Shown one piece after another: positions 50,445 to 60,306 of a stretch of DNA of 64,000 nt (position 1 is the first letter of the stretch; each line of letters begins with the position of its first letter). This DNA is from Gallionella sp. Its GTDB lineage: Bacteria > Pseudomonadota > Gammaproteobacteria > Burkholderiales > Gallionellaceae. The notes beneath the pieces are model-generated. The model saw only the letters and a list, made by a program, of their open reading frames with translations. It ran no database searches and was not told where the DNA came from. The DNA is taken from assembly GCA_049684555.1 (NCBI GenBank), contig JBAVGB010000041.1, forward strand, positions 8,565-72,564, in the 5' to 3' direction. The position numbers and the translations under genes were made by a program.

Positions 50445-53141
50445 ATGGCATCATTACCCGATTACGATCCGCAGGAAACCCAGGAATGGCTGGACGCGCT
50501 TGAGTCAGTGCTGGAAAACGAAGGCGCGGAACGCGCCCATTTCCTGCTCGAGCAACTGATGGACAAGGCGCGCAGCGCCGGCGCAAGCATGCCGTTCAGT
50601 CCGGTCACACCGTATCGCAACACCATTTCGGTCAGCGAAGAACAGCGCTCCACTGGCAACCAAGACCTGGAACACCGCATCCGTGCCTGGATGCGCTGGA
50701 ACGCGATGGTGCTGGTGTTGAATGCCAACCGCGATTCTTCCGAGCTGGGCGGCCATATCGCCAGCTTTGCGTCCGCGGCCACCTTGTACGATGTGGCCTT
50801 CAATCATTTTTTTCACGGCAAGACCGACACCCATGGCGGCGACCTGGTGTATTTCCAGGGGCATTCGTCGCCCGGCGTGTATGCGCGCGCCTTCCTGGAA
50901 GGGCGTATCAGCGAGGAACAGATGTACAAATTCCGCCAGGAATCCGAGGGCGGCGGCCTGTCCTCCTATCCGCATCCATGGCTGATGCCGGACTTCTGGC
51001 AATTTCCCACGGTGTCGATGGGCCTCGGGCCGCTGATGGCGATCTACCAGGCGCGCTTCATGAAATATCTTGAACATCGCGGCATGGCGGAAACCGCAGG
51101 GCGCAAGGTGTGGGCATACCTCGGCGACGGCGAGACCGATGAACCGGAGTCGCTGGGCGCCGTTTCGATGGCCGGGCGAGAAAAGCTCGACAACCTGATC
51201 TTCGTGGTCAACTGCAACCTGCAGCGGCTCGACGGCCCGGTGCGCGGCAACGGCAAGATCATCCAGGAACTGGAAGGCGTGTTTCGCGGTGCGGGCTGGA
51301 ACGTGATCAAGGTGGTGTGGGGCAACCAGTGGGACAGGCTGCTCGCCAAGGACAAGCACGGCCTGCTGCAGAAGCGCATGCAGGAAGCGGTGGATGGCGA
51401 TTACCAGACCTACAAGTCGAAGGACGGCGCCTATGTGCGCGAGCACTTCTTCGGCAAATACCCGGAGTTGCTGGAGATGGTCGCGGACATGTCCGATGAC
51501 GAGATCTGGCGTCTGAACCGCGGCGGCCATGATCCGCGCAAGGTGTTTGCCGCCTATGCGGCGGCCAGCAAGCATGCCGGCCAGCCGACCGTGATCCTCG
51601 CCAAGACCGTGAAGGGCTACGGCATGGGCCAGGCGGGCGAAGGCCAGAACATTACCCACCAGCAAAAGAAAATGGCCGGCGAGGTGCTGCTCAAATTCCG
51701 CGACCGGTTCAATATTCCGCTGAACGACGAACAGGTCGCCAGCCTGAATTTCTACCGTCCGCCCGAGGACAGCCTGGAGATGAAATATCTCAGGGAGCGC
51801 AGCAAGGCGATGGGCGTGGTCCCGCAGCGCATCCCGGTCAGCGAGCCGCTGCAGATTCCCGGCCTGGAGGCTTTCGATGCGTTGCTGAAGGGCACCGAGG
51901 AACGCGAGATATCGACCACGATGGCCTTCGTGCGCCTGCTCGGCATCCTGGTAAAAGACAAGAACATCGGCAAGCGTATTGTGCCTATCGTGCCCGATGA
52001 ATCGCGCACCTTCGGCATGGAAGGCATGTTCCGCCAGCTCGGCATCTACTCGCAAGTCGGGCAGCTCTACACGCCGCAGGATGCCGACCAGCTGATGTTC
52101 TACAAGGAAGACCAGAACGGGCAGATATTGCAGGAAGGCATCAACGAGGCCGGCGCAATGTCGTCGTGGATCGCTGCCGCCACCTCGTACGCCAACCACG
52201 GCGTGGCGATGCTGCCGTTCTATATCTATTATTCGATGTTCGGTTTTCAGCGTGTCGGCGACCTGGCTTGGGCTGCCGGCGACCTGCGCGCGCGCGGCTT
52301 CCTGTTGGGCGGTACCGCGGGCCGCACCACGCTGAACGGCGAAGGCCTGCAGCACGAGGATGGCCACAGCCACCTGATGTCGGCAACTATCCCGAATTGC
52401 GTCTCCTACGATCCGACTTTCGCTTATGAGCTTGCCGTGATCATCCACGACGGCATGCGCCGCATGTATGTCGAACAGCAGGATGTGTTCTATTACCTCA
52501 CCGTGATGAACGAAAACTACGCCCACCCGGTGATGCCCAAGGGTGCCGAAGCGGGGATCATCAAGGGCATGTATTTGTTCAGCGAAGAAAAGCCAAAAGC
52601 GCATGGCGCAAAGGGCAAGGGACAAGGAGAAACGCCGACCGTTCAACTGATGGGCAGCGGCACCATCCTGCGCGAGGTGATCGCGGGCGCGGAATTGCTG
52701 GAGCAGGATTTTGGCGTCGCATCCGACATCTGGAGCGTGACCAGCTTCACCGAATTGCGCCGCGACGGGATCGATTGCGAGCGCTGGAACATGCTGCATC
52801 CGGAACAAAAACCACGCATCAGCTACGTCGAGCAGTGCATGTCCGGACGCAGCGGTCCGGTGATTGCCGCGACCGATTACATGCGCTCGTTCGCCGACCA
52901 GATCCGCGGCTTCCTGCCCCAAGATCACAAGGGGCATTTCACGGTGCTGGGCACGGACGGATTCGGTCGTTCCGACACGCGCAAGAAACTGCGCAAGTTC
53001 TTCGAGGTCGACCGCCACTACGTTGCCGTTGCCGCACTCAAGGCATTGGCCGATGAAGGCACGATCAAGGCCGGCGCGGTCAGCAAGGCAATCAAGCTGT
53101 ACAACATCAATCCGGATAAACCCAACCCGACATCAGTTTAG
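50445..53141 (+). CDS. aceE: Pyruvate dehydrogenase E1 component (homodimeric type)
   Basis: 898 aa beginning D.DP.ET.EW.......... and containing GGH....S.A. Full-length AceE match. Confidence 0.98.
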   Translation: MASLPDYDPQETQEWLDALESVLENEGAERAHFLLEQLMDKARSAGASMPFSPVTPYRNTISVSEEQRSTGNQDLEHRIRAWMRWNAMVLVLNANRDSSELGGHIASFASAATLYDVAFNHFFHGKTDTHGGDLVYFQGHSSPGVYARAFLEGRISEEQMYKFRQESEGGGLSSYPHPWLMPDFWQFPTVSMGLGPLMAIYQARFMKYLEHRGMAETAGRKVWAYLGDGETDEPESLGAVSMAGREKLDNLIFVVNCNLQRLDGPVRGNGKIIQELEGVFRGAGWNVIKVVWGNQWDRLLAKDKHGLLQKRMQEAVDGDYQTYKSKDGAYVREHFFGKYPELLEMVADMSDDEIWRLNRGGHDPRKVFAAYAAASKHAGQPTVILAKTVKGYGMGQAGEGQNITHQQKKMAGEVLLKFRDRFNIPLNDEQVASLNFYRPPEDSLEMKYLRERSKAMGVVPQRIPVSEPLQIPGLEAFDALLKGTEEREISTTMAFVRLLGILVKDKNIGKRIVPIVPDESRTFGMEGMFRQLGIYSQVGQLYTPQDADQLMFYKEDQNGQILQEGINEAGAMSSWIAAATSYANHGVAMLPFYIYYSMFGFQRVGDLAWAAGDLRARGFLLGGTAGRTTLNGEGLQHEDGHSHLMSATIPNCVSYDPTFAYELAVIIHDGMRRMYVEQQDVFYYLTVMNENYAHPVMPKGAEAGIIKGMYLFSEEKPKAHGAKGKGQGETPTVQLMGSGTILREVIAGAELLEQDFGVASDIWSVTSFTELRRDGIDCERWNMLHPEQKPRISYVEQCMSGRSGPVIAATDYMRSFADQIRGFLPQDHKGHFTVLGTDGFGRSDTRKKLRKFFEVDRHYVAVAALKALADEGTIKAGAVSKAIKLYNINPDKPNPTSV

Positions 53142-53159
53142 GGCGGGCAGGAGAAACAA

Positions 53160-54452
53160 GTGGCAGAAATCAAGCAAGTATTGGTTCCGGATATCGGCGA
53201 CTACAAGGATGTGAGCATCATCGAGGTGATGGTGAAAGCCGGTGATATGGTCAAGGCCGAGGACAACCTGGTGACGTTGGAAACCGACAAGGCGGCGATG
53301 GACGTGCCGTCGCCCTATGCCGGTGTGGTCAAGGAAATGAAGGTCAAGACCGGCGACAGGGTATCGCAGGGCTCGCTGATTTTATTGCTGGAAAGCAGCG
53401 AAGCAGCAACTACGGCGCAGGCCGGCAAGCAGACCGCGCCTGCACCGTCTGCTCCGACGGTTGCCGATGCGCCGGTTGCAGCAAAGCCTGCGGCGCCGCC
53501 GGTGATCGCCCAGGCACCGCAACCTGCAGTGACGGATGCACCCGCGGGCAAAGCCCATGCCAGCCCAGCGATACGCCGCTTCGCGCGCGAACTGGGCGTG
53601 CAGATCGCGCAGGTCAAGGGCAGCGGCGAGAAGGGCCGTGTCACGAGGGATGATGTGCAGCAATTCGTCAAGTCCGCTCTGGCGCAACCGCGCGGTGCTG
53701 CCGGTGGGAATGGCCTGCAGGTGCTGGCGATGGCGGCGGTGGATTTTGCCAAGTTCGGCGCGATCGAGACCAGGCCATTGTCGCGCATCAAGAAGATCTC
53801 GGGCGCCAACCTGCACCGCAACTGGGTAACCATCCCGCACATCACGCAATTCGACGAGGCCGACATCACCGAAATGGATGTGTTCCGCAGGGAGTTGGGC
53901 GAGGAATACGCCAAACAGAACATCAAGATCACACCGCTGGCCTTTCTGGTCAAGGCGGTTGTCGTCGCGCTGCAAAAGTTTCCCGAATTCAATGCGTCGC
54001 TGGATGCCAGCGGCGAGAACCTGGTGCTGAAGCAATACTTCCATATCGGGGTGGCGGTCGATACGCCGGACGGGCTGATGGTGCCGGTGCTGCGCGATGC
54101 GGACAAGAAAGGCCTTGTGCAGATCGCCAAGGAGCTCGGCGAAATCAGCGCCCGCGCCCGGGACAAGAAGATCACTGCGGCCGAAATGCAGGGCGGCTGT
54201 TTCTCGATTTCCAGCCTGGGCGGGATCGGCGGCACGGCGTTCACCCCGATCATCAATGCGCCCGAGCTGGCGATCCTTGGCGTGTCCAAGGCGGTCGTCA
54301 AACCGATGCACCAGGATGACACCTTCGTGGCGCGGCTGATGCTGCCGCTGTCGCTGTCGTATGACCATCGCGTGATAGACGGTGCCGCTGCGGCGCGCTT
54401 TATCGTGTTTCTCTCGCAAGTGCTGGCGGATACCCGCCGGCTTGCGTTGTAA
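53160..54452 (+). CDS. aceF: Dihydrolipoyllysine-residue acetyltransferase (PDH E2), single lipoyl domain
   Basis: GTG start after GGAGAAAC. One lipoyl domain (LETDKA), an Ala/Pro linker, a subunit-binding domain and a catalytic domain with DHRVIDGA. Confidence 0.96.
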   Translation: MAEIKQVLVPDIGDYKDVSIIEVMVKAGDMVKAEDNLVTLETDKAAMDVPSPYAGVVKEMKVKTGDRVSQGSLILLLESSEAATTAQAGKQTAPAPSAPTVADAPVAAKPAAPPVIAQAPQPAVTDAPAGKAHASPAIRRFARELGVQIAQVKGSGEKGRVTRDDVQQFVKSALAQPRGAAGGNGLQVLAMAAVDFAKFGAIETRPLSRIKKISGANLHRNWVTIPHITQFDEADITEMDVFRRELGEEYAKQNIKITPLAFLVKAVVVALQKFPEFNASLDASGENLVLKQYFHIGVAVDTPDGLMVPVLRDADKKGLVQIAKELGEISARARDKKITAAEMQGGCFSISSLGGIGGTAFTPIINAPELAILGVSKAVVKPMHQDDTFVARLMLPLSLSYDHRVIDGAAAARFIVFLSQVLADTRRLAL

Positions 54453-54476
54453 TCGCTGGCACTGTAATCCCCGACA

Positions 54477-55151
54477 TTGCAAGCGGTGAACAAAAAAGCA
54501 ATCGGTATTCTGGGTGGCACGTTCGACCCGATCCATTACGGGCATCTGCGTCTTGCCGAAGAGATGCTTGAACTGGCGAATCTGCGCCAGATACGTTTTA
54601 TACCGGCCGGCACGCCGCCGCACCGGGATGCCCCGCAAGTGCCTGCGCTGCATCGCAGCGCGATGGTGCGGCTGGCGATCGCCGACCAGCCGGCGTTCGT
54701 GCTCGACGAGCGCGAAGTCGCGCGCACCACGCCGTGTTATACGGTGGATACGCTGCGCGAATTGCGAGCCGAGCTTGGCGCGGAACAACCGCTGTGTCTG
54801 CTGATGGGCGGTGACGCATTTTTGCAGCTGGACACATGGCATGAATGGGAACAGTTGTTCGGGCTGGCGCACATCGTGGTGGGCTACCGCCCCGGCTTTA
54901 CGCTGGAGGATCGCATTCACACTGTCGCCGTGGGATTGCGCCGGCACTATCAGCAGCGCCTTTGCGCTCCGGATGCTTTGGCGAAACGGCCGGCCGGCGG
55001 GATAGCTGTCTTGGCCATTCCAGAACTGGAGATCTCCGCCACGCTGATCCGCAGCCGCGTGGCGGAAAAACGCAGCATACGCTACCTGCTGCCCAACACG
55101 GTGGCCGATTACATTCATCAACATCATCTATACGAGCATGCTAAATACTGA
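54477..55151 (+). CDS. nadD: Nicotinate-nucleotide adenylyltransferase
   Basis: GILGGTFDPIHYGH motif. The start is TTG at 54477, or alternatively GTG at 54486. Confidence 0.92.
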   Translation: MQAVNKKAIGILGGTFDPIHYGHLRLAEEMLELANLRQIRFIPAGTPPHRDAPQVPALHRSAMVRLAIADQPAFVLDEREVARTTPCYTVDTLRELRAELGAEQPLCLLMGGDAFLQLDTWHEWEQLFGLAHIVVGYRPGFTLEDRIHTVAVGLRRHYQQRLCAPDALAKRPAGGIAVLAIPELEISATLIRSRVAEKRSIRYLLPNTVADYIHQHHLYEHAKY

Positions 55152-55500
55152 AGAAAAAACCAGAGCCGTCGTCGCCGCGCTTGAAGACGTCAAGGCACAA
55201 AACATCACCGTGATCGACACCAGCAAACTCAGCCCGATGTTCGAGCGCATGGTCATCGCCAGCGCCAACTCCACCCGGCAGACCAAGGCGCTTGCCGACA
55301 ACGTGTCGGTCAAGCTCAAGGAGCTCGGCGAAAAGATCTACGGCCGCGAGGGTGAGGAAAGCGGGGAGTGGATACTGGTCGATCTCGGCGAAGTGCTGGT
55401 GCACATCATGCAGCCCGCCGTGCGCGATTACTACAATCTCGAGGAGCTGTGGAACAAGGCGCAGGCGGCGCGGCCGAAGCTGGCAAAAGCGCCGAAATAA
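55138..55500 (+). CDS. rsfS: Ribosome silencing factor RsfS
   Basis: 120 aa, iojap-like (D.K..NI.V.D......F.....I.S..S.RQ..A). It overlaps the nadD 3' end. Confidence 0.93.
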   Translation: MLNTEEKTRAVVAALEDVKAQNITVIDTSKLSPMFERMVIASANSTRQTKALADNVSVKLKELGEKIYGREGEESGEWILVDLGEVLVHIMQPAVRDYYNLEELWNKAQAARPKLAKAPK

Positions 55501-55523
55501 AAACGAAAGCAGAGATGCATAAA

Positions 55524-55601
55524 GCCGCAGAGAACACAGAGGTCAAAGAAACAAGCGGGTTCCACATGTACTTCTTCTGTGAACTCTGTATTCCCTGCGG
55601 C
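55524..55601. repeat. REP-like inverted-repeat element, family R, copy b (diverged)
   Basis: GCCGCAGAGAACACAGAG ... CTTCTGTGAACTCTGTATTCCCTGCGGC, located between rsfS and rlmH. Confidence 0.65.
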
Positions 55602-55621
55602 CTGGCTTCGGGATTTCAGGG

Positions 55622-56092
55622 ATGAAACTCATCATCGTATCCGTCGGCCACAAAATGCCGGACTGGATCACGACAGGCTTCAACGAATATGCCAGGCGCA
55701 TGCCGCGCGAAACGCCGATTTCGCTGCTGGAAATCAAACCCGAACCGCGCACCACCGGCAAGACCACGGTGCAGATCATGGAGGCCGAAGCCCGGCGCAT
55801 CCTCGCCGCCTTGCCGCAAAATTGCCGGCGCATCGCGCTGGATGAGCATGGTATCCAGCCGAACACCAGGCAGCTGGCCGCACAGATGCAGGACTGGATG
55901 CGCGAAAGTGGCGACGTCGCCTTCATCATCGGCGGCACTGACGGCTTGCATGAATCGGTCAAGCTGGCGGCGCAGCAATTGCTTGCGCTGTCGGCGCTGA
56001 CATTGCCGCACGCTTTTGTCAGGGTGTTACTGGCAGAACAGTTGTACCGGGCGCACAGCTTGTTGCACAATCACCCCTACCACCGCGAATAG
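55622..56092 (+). CDS. rlmH: 23S rRNA (pseudouridine1915-N3)-methyltransferase
   Basis: 156 aa, SPOUT fold (FIIGG.DG, HP..R). Confidence 0.94.
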   Translation: MKLIIVSVGHKMPDWITTGFNEYARRMPRETPISLLEIKPEPRTTGKTTVQIMEAEARRILAALPQNCRRIALDEHGIQPNTRQLAAQMQDWMRESGDVAFIIGGTDGLHESVKLAAQQLLALSALTLPHAFVRVLLAEQLYRAHSLLHNHPYHRE

Positions 56093-56124
56093 CACCCGCG
56101 GAATCAACCGGGACTGATACTCAT

Positions 56125-56745
56125 ATGCGCATCATCCAGCCACACATCTACCTTGCCTCGCAGAGTCCGCGGCGGCGCGAATTGCTGAAACAGATCGGCG
56201 TCAATTTCGAGATGCTGCTGTTGCGCTCGGATCCGCGCCGCAATATTTCGGTGGACGAGACACCCCATCCCGGCGAGCAAGCGGAAAGCTATGTTCGGCG
56301 GGTCGCCCAGGCCAAGGCCGAATCGGGTTACAGCGCGCTCCGGTTCCGCAATCTCCCGCCGTTTCCGGTGCTGGCGGCTGACACCACCATATCGCTGGAT
56401 GGACAGATCTTCGGCAAGCCCGATTCCGCCGAACATGCGGCCGCGATGCTGCAACAGCTTTCGGGACGTGAACACCAGGTGCTCAGCGCGGTCGCGGTCG
56501 TGCTGGACCAGCATATCGAGGTAGCAGTTTCCAGCTCGACGGTGCGCTTTGCAACACTCAGCGAAGATCGCATCCGCCGCTACCTGCATACGCGCGAGTA
56601 CACCGACAAGGCCGGCGGTTACGCGATACAGGGGCAGGCCGGCGCATTCATCGAACATCTTTCCGGCAGTTACTCGGGCGTGATGGGTTTGCCGCTGTTC
56701 GAGACGGTGCAGCTGTTGCAGCGCTTCGGTTACCCCACGCCGTAA
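56125..56745 (+). CDS. maf: Maf family nucleoside triphosphate pyrophosphatase
   Basis: Contains IYLASQSPRRRELL and KAGGYAIQG. Confidence 0.92.
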   Translation: MRIIQPHIYLASQSPRRRELLKQIGVNFEMLLLRSDPRRNISVDETPHPGEQAESYVRRVAQAKAESGYSALRFRNLPPFPVLAADTTISLDGQIFGKPDSAEHAAAMLQQLSGREHQVLSAVAVVLDQHIEVAVSSSTVRFATLSEDRIRRYLHTREYTDKAGGYAIQGQAGAFIEHLSGSYSGVMGLPLFETVQLLQRFGYPTP

Positions 56746-56776
56746 TCGTCCCGGAACCCGGAGAATATCGAACAGC

Positions 56777-58231
56777 ATGAGTGAAGAGATACTGATCAAC
56801 GTTACCCCGCAGGAGACCCGCGTCGCGGTGATGCAGCTCGGCGTGGTGCAGGACCTGCACATCGAGCGGGGCAGCAGCCGCGGCATCGTCAGCAACGTGT
56901 ATCTCGGCAAGGTCAAACGCGTGCTGCCCGGCATGCAATCGGCCTTCATCGATATCGGGCTGGAACGCTCGGCATTTCTGCACGTGGTCGATATCTGGGA
57001 AAACAACCGCAACGTCGAAGCCGCCAAACCGATCGAGAAGCTGCTGTCGGAAGGGCAGTCCCTGCTGGTGCAGGTCATCAAGGAACCGATCGGCACCAAG
57101 GGTGCGCGGCTGTCCACCCAGATCAGCATCGCCGGGCGTTTGCTGGTGTATCTTCCGCAGGAGACGCACGTCGGTGTTTCGCAGCGCATCGAAAGCATGG
57201 AACAGCGCGATGCCTTGCGCGCCAGGCTGCAGGCCGCGCTGCCGGCCGAACATCAGGGTGGTTATATCATACGCACCGTGGCGGAAGCATCGGCAGAACT
57301 GGATTTCGCCGCCGACATCGCCTATCTGGACAAGCTGTGGGGCAATTTGCAGGCCATCGCGAAATCCGCCAGTGCGCCGCAGCTGGTGTATCAGGAACTC
57401 GACATCAGCCTGCGCGTGCTGCGCGATTTTGTCAGCAGCGACACCGTGCGCATCCTGGTCGATTCGCGCAGCACCTATCAGCGGATGCTGGAATTCGCGC
57501 AGGCCTACAACACGGTCGCGAGCGACAAGTTGGAGCACTATTCGGGCTCGCGTCCGCTGTTCGACCTGCATGGCGTGGAAGAAGAGATCGAGCGCGCCCT
57601 GTCCAAGCGTGTCGACCTGAAATCCGGCGGTTATCTGATCATCGACCAGACCGAGGCGCTGACCACCATCGATGTGAATACCGGCGGATATGTCGGGTTG
57701 CGCAGTTTCGACGACACCATCTTCAAGACCAATCTGGAAGCCACACAGGTCATCGCGCGGCAATTGCGCTTGCGCAATCTGGGCGGCATCATCATCTGCG
57801 ATTTCATCGACATGGATACGCAGGAACACCGCGATGCCGTGCTGGAGGAATTCAAGAAAGCCCTTTCCCGCGATCACACGCGAATTACGGTAAGCGGCTT
57901 CTCGTCGCTGGGGCTGGTGGAAATGACCCGCAAGCGCACCCGCGAGAGCCTGGCGCATGTAATGTGCGAACCCTGCCCGACCTGCCAGGGACGGGGTGAG
58001 GTAAAGACCGCGCAGACTGTGTGCTACGAGATCCTGCGCGAGATCCTGCGCGAAGCACGCCAGTTCAATGCGCGCGAATACCGCATCCTCGGATCGCAGC
58101 AGGTGATCGATCTGTTTCTGGACGAGGAGTCACAGGCGCTCGCGATGCTTTCCGACTTCATTGCAAAGCCTATCTCGATGCAGGTTGAGACGTTATACAG
58201 CCAGGAACAATACGACGTGATTTTGATGTAA
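56777..58231 (+). CDS. rng: Ribonuclease G
   Basis: 484 aa with an S1 domain (GNVYLGKV..V.PGMQ.AF.DIG) and an RNase E/G catalytic core. Confidence 0.95.
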   Translation: MSEEILINVTPQETRVAVMQLGVVQDLHIERGSSRGIVSNVYLGKVKRVLPGMQSAFIDIGLERSAFLHVVDIWENNRNVEAAKPIEKLLSEGQSLLVQVIKEPIGTKGARLSTQISIAGRLLVYLPQETHVGVSQRIESMEQRDALRARLQAALPAEHQGGYIIRTVAEASAELDFAADIAYLDKLWGNLQAIAKSASAPQLVYQELDISLRVLRDFVSSDTVRILVDSRSTYQRMLEFAQAYNTVASDKLEHYSGSRPLFDLHGVEEEIERALSKRVDLKSGGYLIIDQTEALTTIDVNTGGYVGLRSFDDTIFKTNLEATQVIARQLRLRNLGGIIICDFIDMDTQEHRDAVLEEFKKALSRDHTRITVSGFSSLGLVEMTRKRTRESLAHVMCEPCPTCQGRGEVKTAQTVCYEILREILREARQFNAREYRILGSQQVIDLFLDEESQALAMLSDFIAKPISMQVETLYSQEQYDVILM

Positions 58232-58260
58232 CGAGCCTCGATGGCCGTGAATATCCAAGG

Positions 58261-58629
58261 ATGTACAGAATGACAAGGAAAGCCATGGCGCTGGCGATGA
58301 TCACCTTGACCCTGCTGGCCGGCGGGTGCGGCCAATCCGGTTCGCAGCAGGATGCGCTTGCGCAAAAGCAGGCGGCAGCCGACGACACCGCTGGATTGTG
58401 TCCGGCTATCGAGAGCACCGGGCTCGTCAAACAATGCACAGTCAACAGCCGCGATGGCACGGTACATGTGATGACCGACAATGACGACGATCAGGCTGCA
58501 AGGGATATTTGCGCAGAAGTCGTCAGCAGGATGGCGCAACGAACTGCCGCTTTGTCAGCGCGATGGATGCTGCAGGTATATTCCCCGTATCGGGACGACA
58601 AACCGCTGGCTGGCTGCCCGCTGCATTAG
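58261..58629 (+). CDS. Hypothetical lipoprotein
   Basis: Lipobox LLAGGC and four further Cys. I recognise no family. An alternative start is at 58270. Confidence 0.55.
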   Translation: MYRMTRKAMALAMITLTLLAGGCGQSGSQQDALAQKQAAADDTAGLCPAIESTGLVKQCTVNSRDGTVHVMTDNDDDQAARDICAEVVSRMAQRTAALSARWMLQVYSPYRDDKPLAGCPLH

Positions 58630-58694
58630 CAGTATGCACCGGTGCGCCACGGCTATAGCCATCCATGGCCTCCGTGCCATACATCGGCGGTGTG

Positions 58695-58874
58695 TCAGGA
58701 AATTGGCTGATCCTCGTCGGAGGGCATGGTCGTAAGCGCCAGCTCAAGGTTCGAGGCAAGGTTGCGTGCATATTTCGCCGCTTCGAACAAATGGAGCGAC
58801 TCGTAGGACTTGGCTTTCTGCCGAAAGTTGTCGATATCGTCCGTTAGCATCTTTCTGGTTTCGTCTTTGCTCAT
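58695..58874 (-). CDS. Hypothetical 59-aa protein (below the ORF-track length cutoff)
   Basis: My manual translation gives MSKDETRKMLTDDIDNFRQKAKSYESLHLFEAAKYARNLASNLELALTTMPSDEDQPIS. AGGAG lies 7 nt upstream of the ATG, and the ORF is 93 nt downstream of the cNMP/DUF1003 gene on the same strand. Confidence 0.45.
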   Translation of the reverse strand: MSKDETRKMLTDDIDNFRQKAKSYESLHLFEAAKYARNLASNLELALTTMPSDEDQPIS

Positions 58875-58967
58875 CTCGCTACTCCTGGATTGGTTGATTA
58901 CACGGCAAAGTACATCCGTTGATTTTCGTTGTCTGGTATTTCCGGCCTTGGCTGCTGCCGGGAGTGC

Positions 58968-59798
58968 TCACTTTTTTTCGCGCAATAACTCTTCTACATC
59001 CTCGATCTTGTCATAGAGCAGGTTGATTCTGCGTGCCAGCCCCTGGATTTCGGTATGTGCCCTCCGGTTCACGTCAAAGTCCAATTCATTGCGCAGGCGG
59101 TCCTTCTTGTCCTGGCGGTTCTGGCTCATCATGATCACGGGTGCCTGTATCGCCGCCAGCATCGACAGGAACAGGTTGAGCAGAATGAACGGGTAAGGAT
59201 CCCATGCATTGCCCTTCAATTCGATGTTGATGAGTGTATAAACAAGAAGCACCGATCCGAAGATGATGATGAAATTCCACGAACCGCCAAATGAGGCAAC
59301 CACATCGGCAATTCGTTCGCCCAAAGTCTGGGATTCTTCGAAAACTTCATTCGGGTTGCGCGCAGACCGGAGGCGGACCAGTTTCTCGGTGGCATGGAAC
59401 TGCTTGCCCATGACTTTCATGATATCCAGTCCCGCGTCGGGTTTCTTGCGCAGCAGCACGGTGATGTCATTCAGATCCAGCTCGATGCACAGGGATTCCT
59501 CTACGGCAGTTGCCTCGGTTTGGTGGGGCGTCTGGGCAAGCATTGATGCGAAGCCGAAAACGTCCCCGATGATCGGTTCGTCCAATAACACAATTTGGTT
59601 GTCGTCGTCTATGGTCGACACCTGAACCGCCCCGGACACCAGGATATATGCACGGTTGCTCGGATCGCCTATCTTGTATATCCGCTGGCGCGGGGCGAAT
59701 TTGCAGAGCTCGACCTGGCTGGCGAGGACTGCCAGCTCATCCTTGTCGAGCAATGAAAATAGCGGGACATCCTGAATGACCTCCGGGTTACAGGGCAT
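58968..59798 (-). CDS. Cyclic nucleotide-binding domain protein fused to DUF1003 membrane domain
   Basis: N-terminal cNMP-binding fold (VPLFS.L...EL..LA.......F........GD......I..G.V.V). The C-terminus carries GSW.F......L.....N........D.YPF..LNL.LS..AAIQAP.IMMSQNRQ..KDR. Confidence 0.85.
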   Translation of the reverse strand: MPCNPEVIQDVPLFSLLDKDELAVLASQVELCKFAPRQRIYKIGDPSNRAYILVSGAVQVSTIDDDNQIVLLDEPIIGDVFGFASMLAQTPHQTEATAVEESLCIELDLNDITVLLRKKPDAGLDIMKVMGKQFHATEKLVRLRSARNPNEVFEESQTLGERIADVVASFGGSWNFIIIFGSVLLVYTLINIELKGNAWDPYPFILLNLFLSMLAAIQAPVIMMSQNRQDKKDRLRNELDFDVNRRAHTEIQGLARRINLLYDKIEDVEELLREKK

Positions 59799-59943
59799 AG
59801 ACCACCTGACACTTTCCTGAGCTGTATGTAATTGTCTGCAAATGCCGGGTCAACTTACTGATGCATTGTTAAGATTTTACGACAGCACTTCTGCCTGATT
59901 TGTACAGGCGCGCGGTCTTGATATTGCTTATCGCTCCAAATGC

Positions 59944-60255
59944 TCATTTTTCGTCACGGATTTCCACGACGCGGATCGCCTCGCCCTCGATGATCTCGCC
60001 CCTGGTCGCATCCTCTCCGGCCATCTCACGTTCCGTTGCGACGCCGGGGGTCGGATAGGCGCGCATCTGTTTGCGCAACTCGCGGGTTTTCCACCAGAGA
60101 TAACCCCAGCCCAGCATGCCGGCAACCAGTATCACCGCGACCAGCACCACCGAGAACATCAACGCCAGACCGAACGCCACCGCGGTAGCGGCAACAGCGG
60201 CCAGGCTGCGCAACGGATTGGCCAGGTTTGCAGCGTTATGCGGGAGATTTCTCAT
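59944..60255 (-). CDS. Hypothetical membrane-anchored protein (103 aa)
   Basis: AGGA lies 5 nt upstream of the ATG. One long hydrophobic segment is followed by a charged tail. I recognise no family. Confidence 0.5.
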   Translation of the reverse strand: MRNLPHNAANLANPLRSLAAVAATAVAFGLALMFSVVLVAVILVAGMLGWGYLWWKTRELRKQMRAYPTPGVATEREMAGEDATRGEIIEGEAIRVVEIRDEK

Positions 60256-60306
60256 TCATTCCTGTTCCGTAAGGATCGCGTTGGCGGATACCCTTGTATA
60301 TGCCGG

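Noticed and set aside
50505-53018. An 837-aa ORF antisense to aceE. Similar long antisense or out-of-frame ORFs include 48252-49952, 53382-55127, 53315-54520, 15178-16260, 17941-18897, 35226-36323, 36971-38134, 31365-32516, 33658-34890 and 56648-57958.
   Set aside because: Each lies opposite or out of frame to a gene with an unambiguous full-length family match. Their translations are Arg/Ala/Gly/His-rich with no recognisable motifs, which is typical of shadow ORFs in GC-rich DNA.
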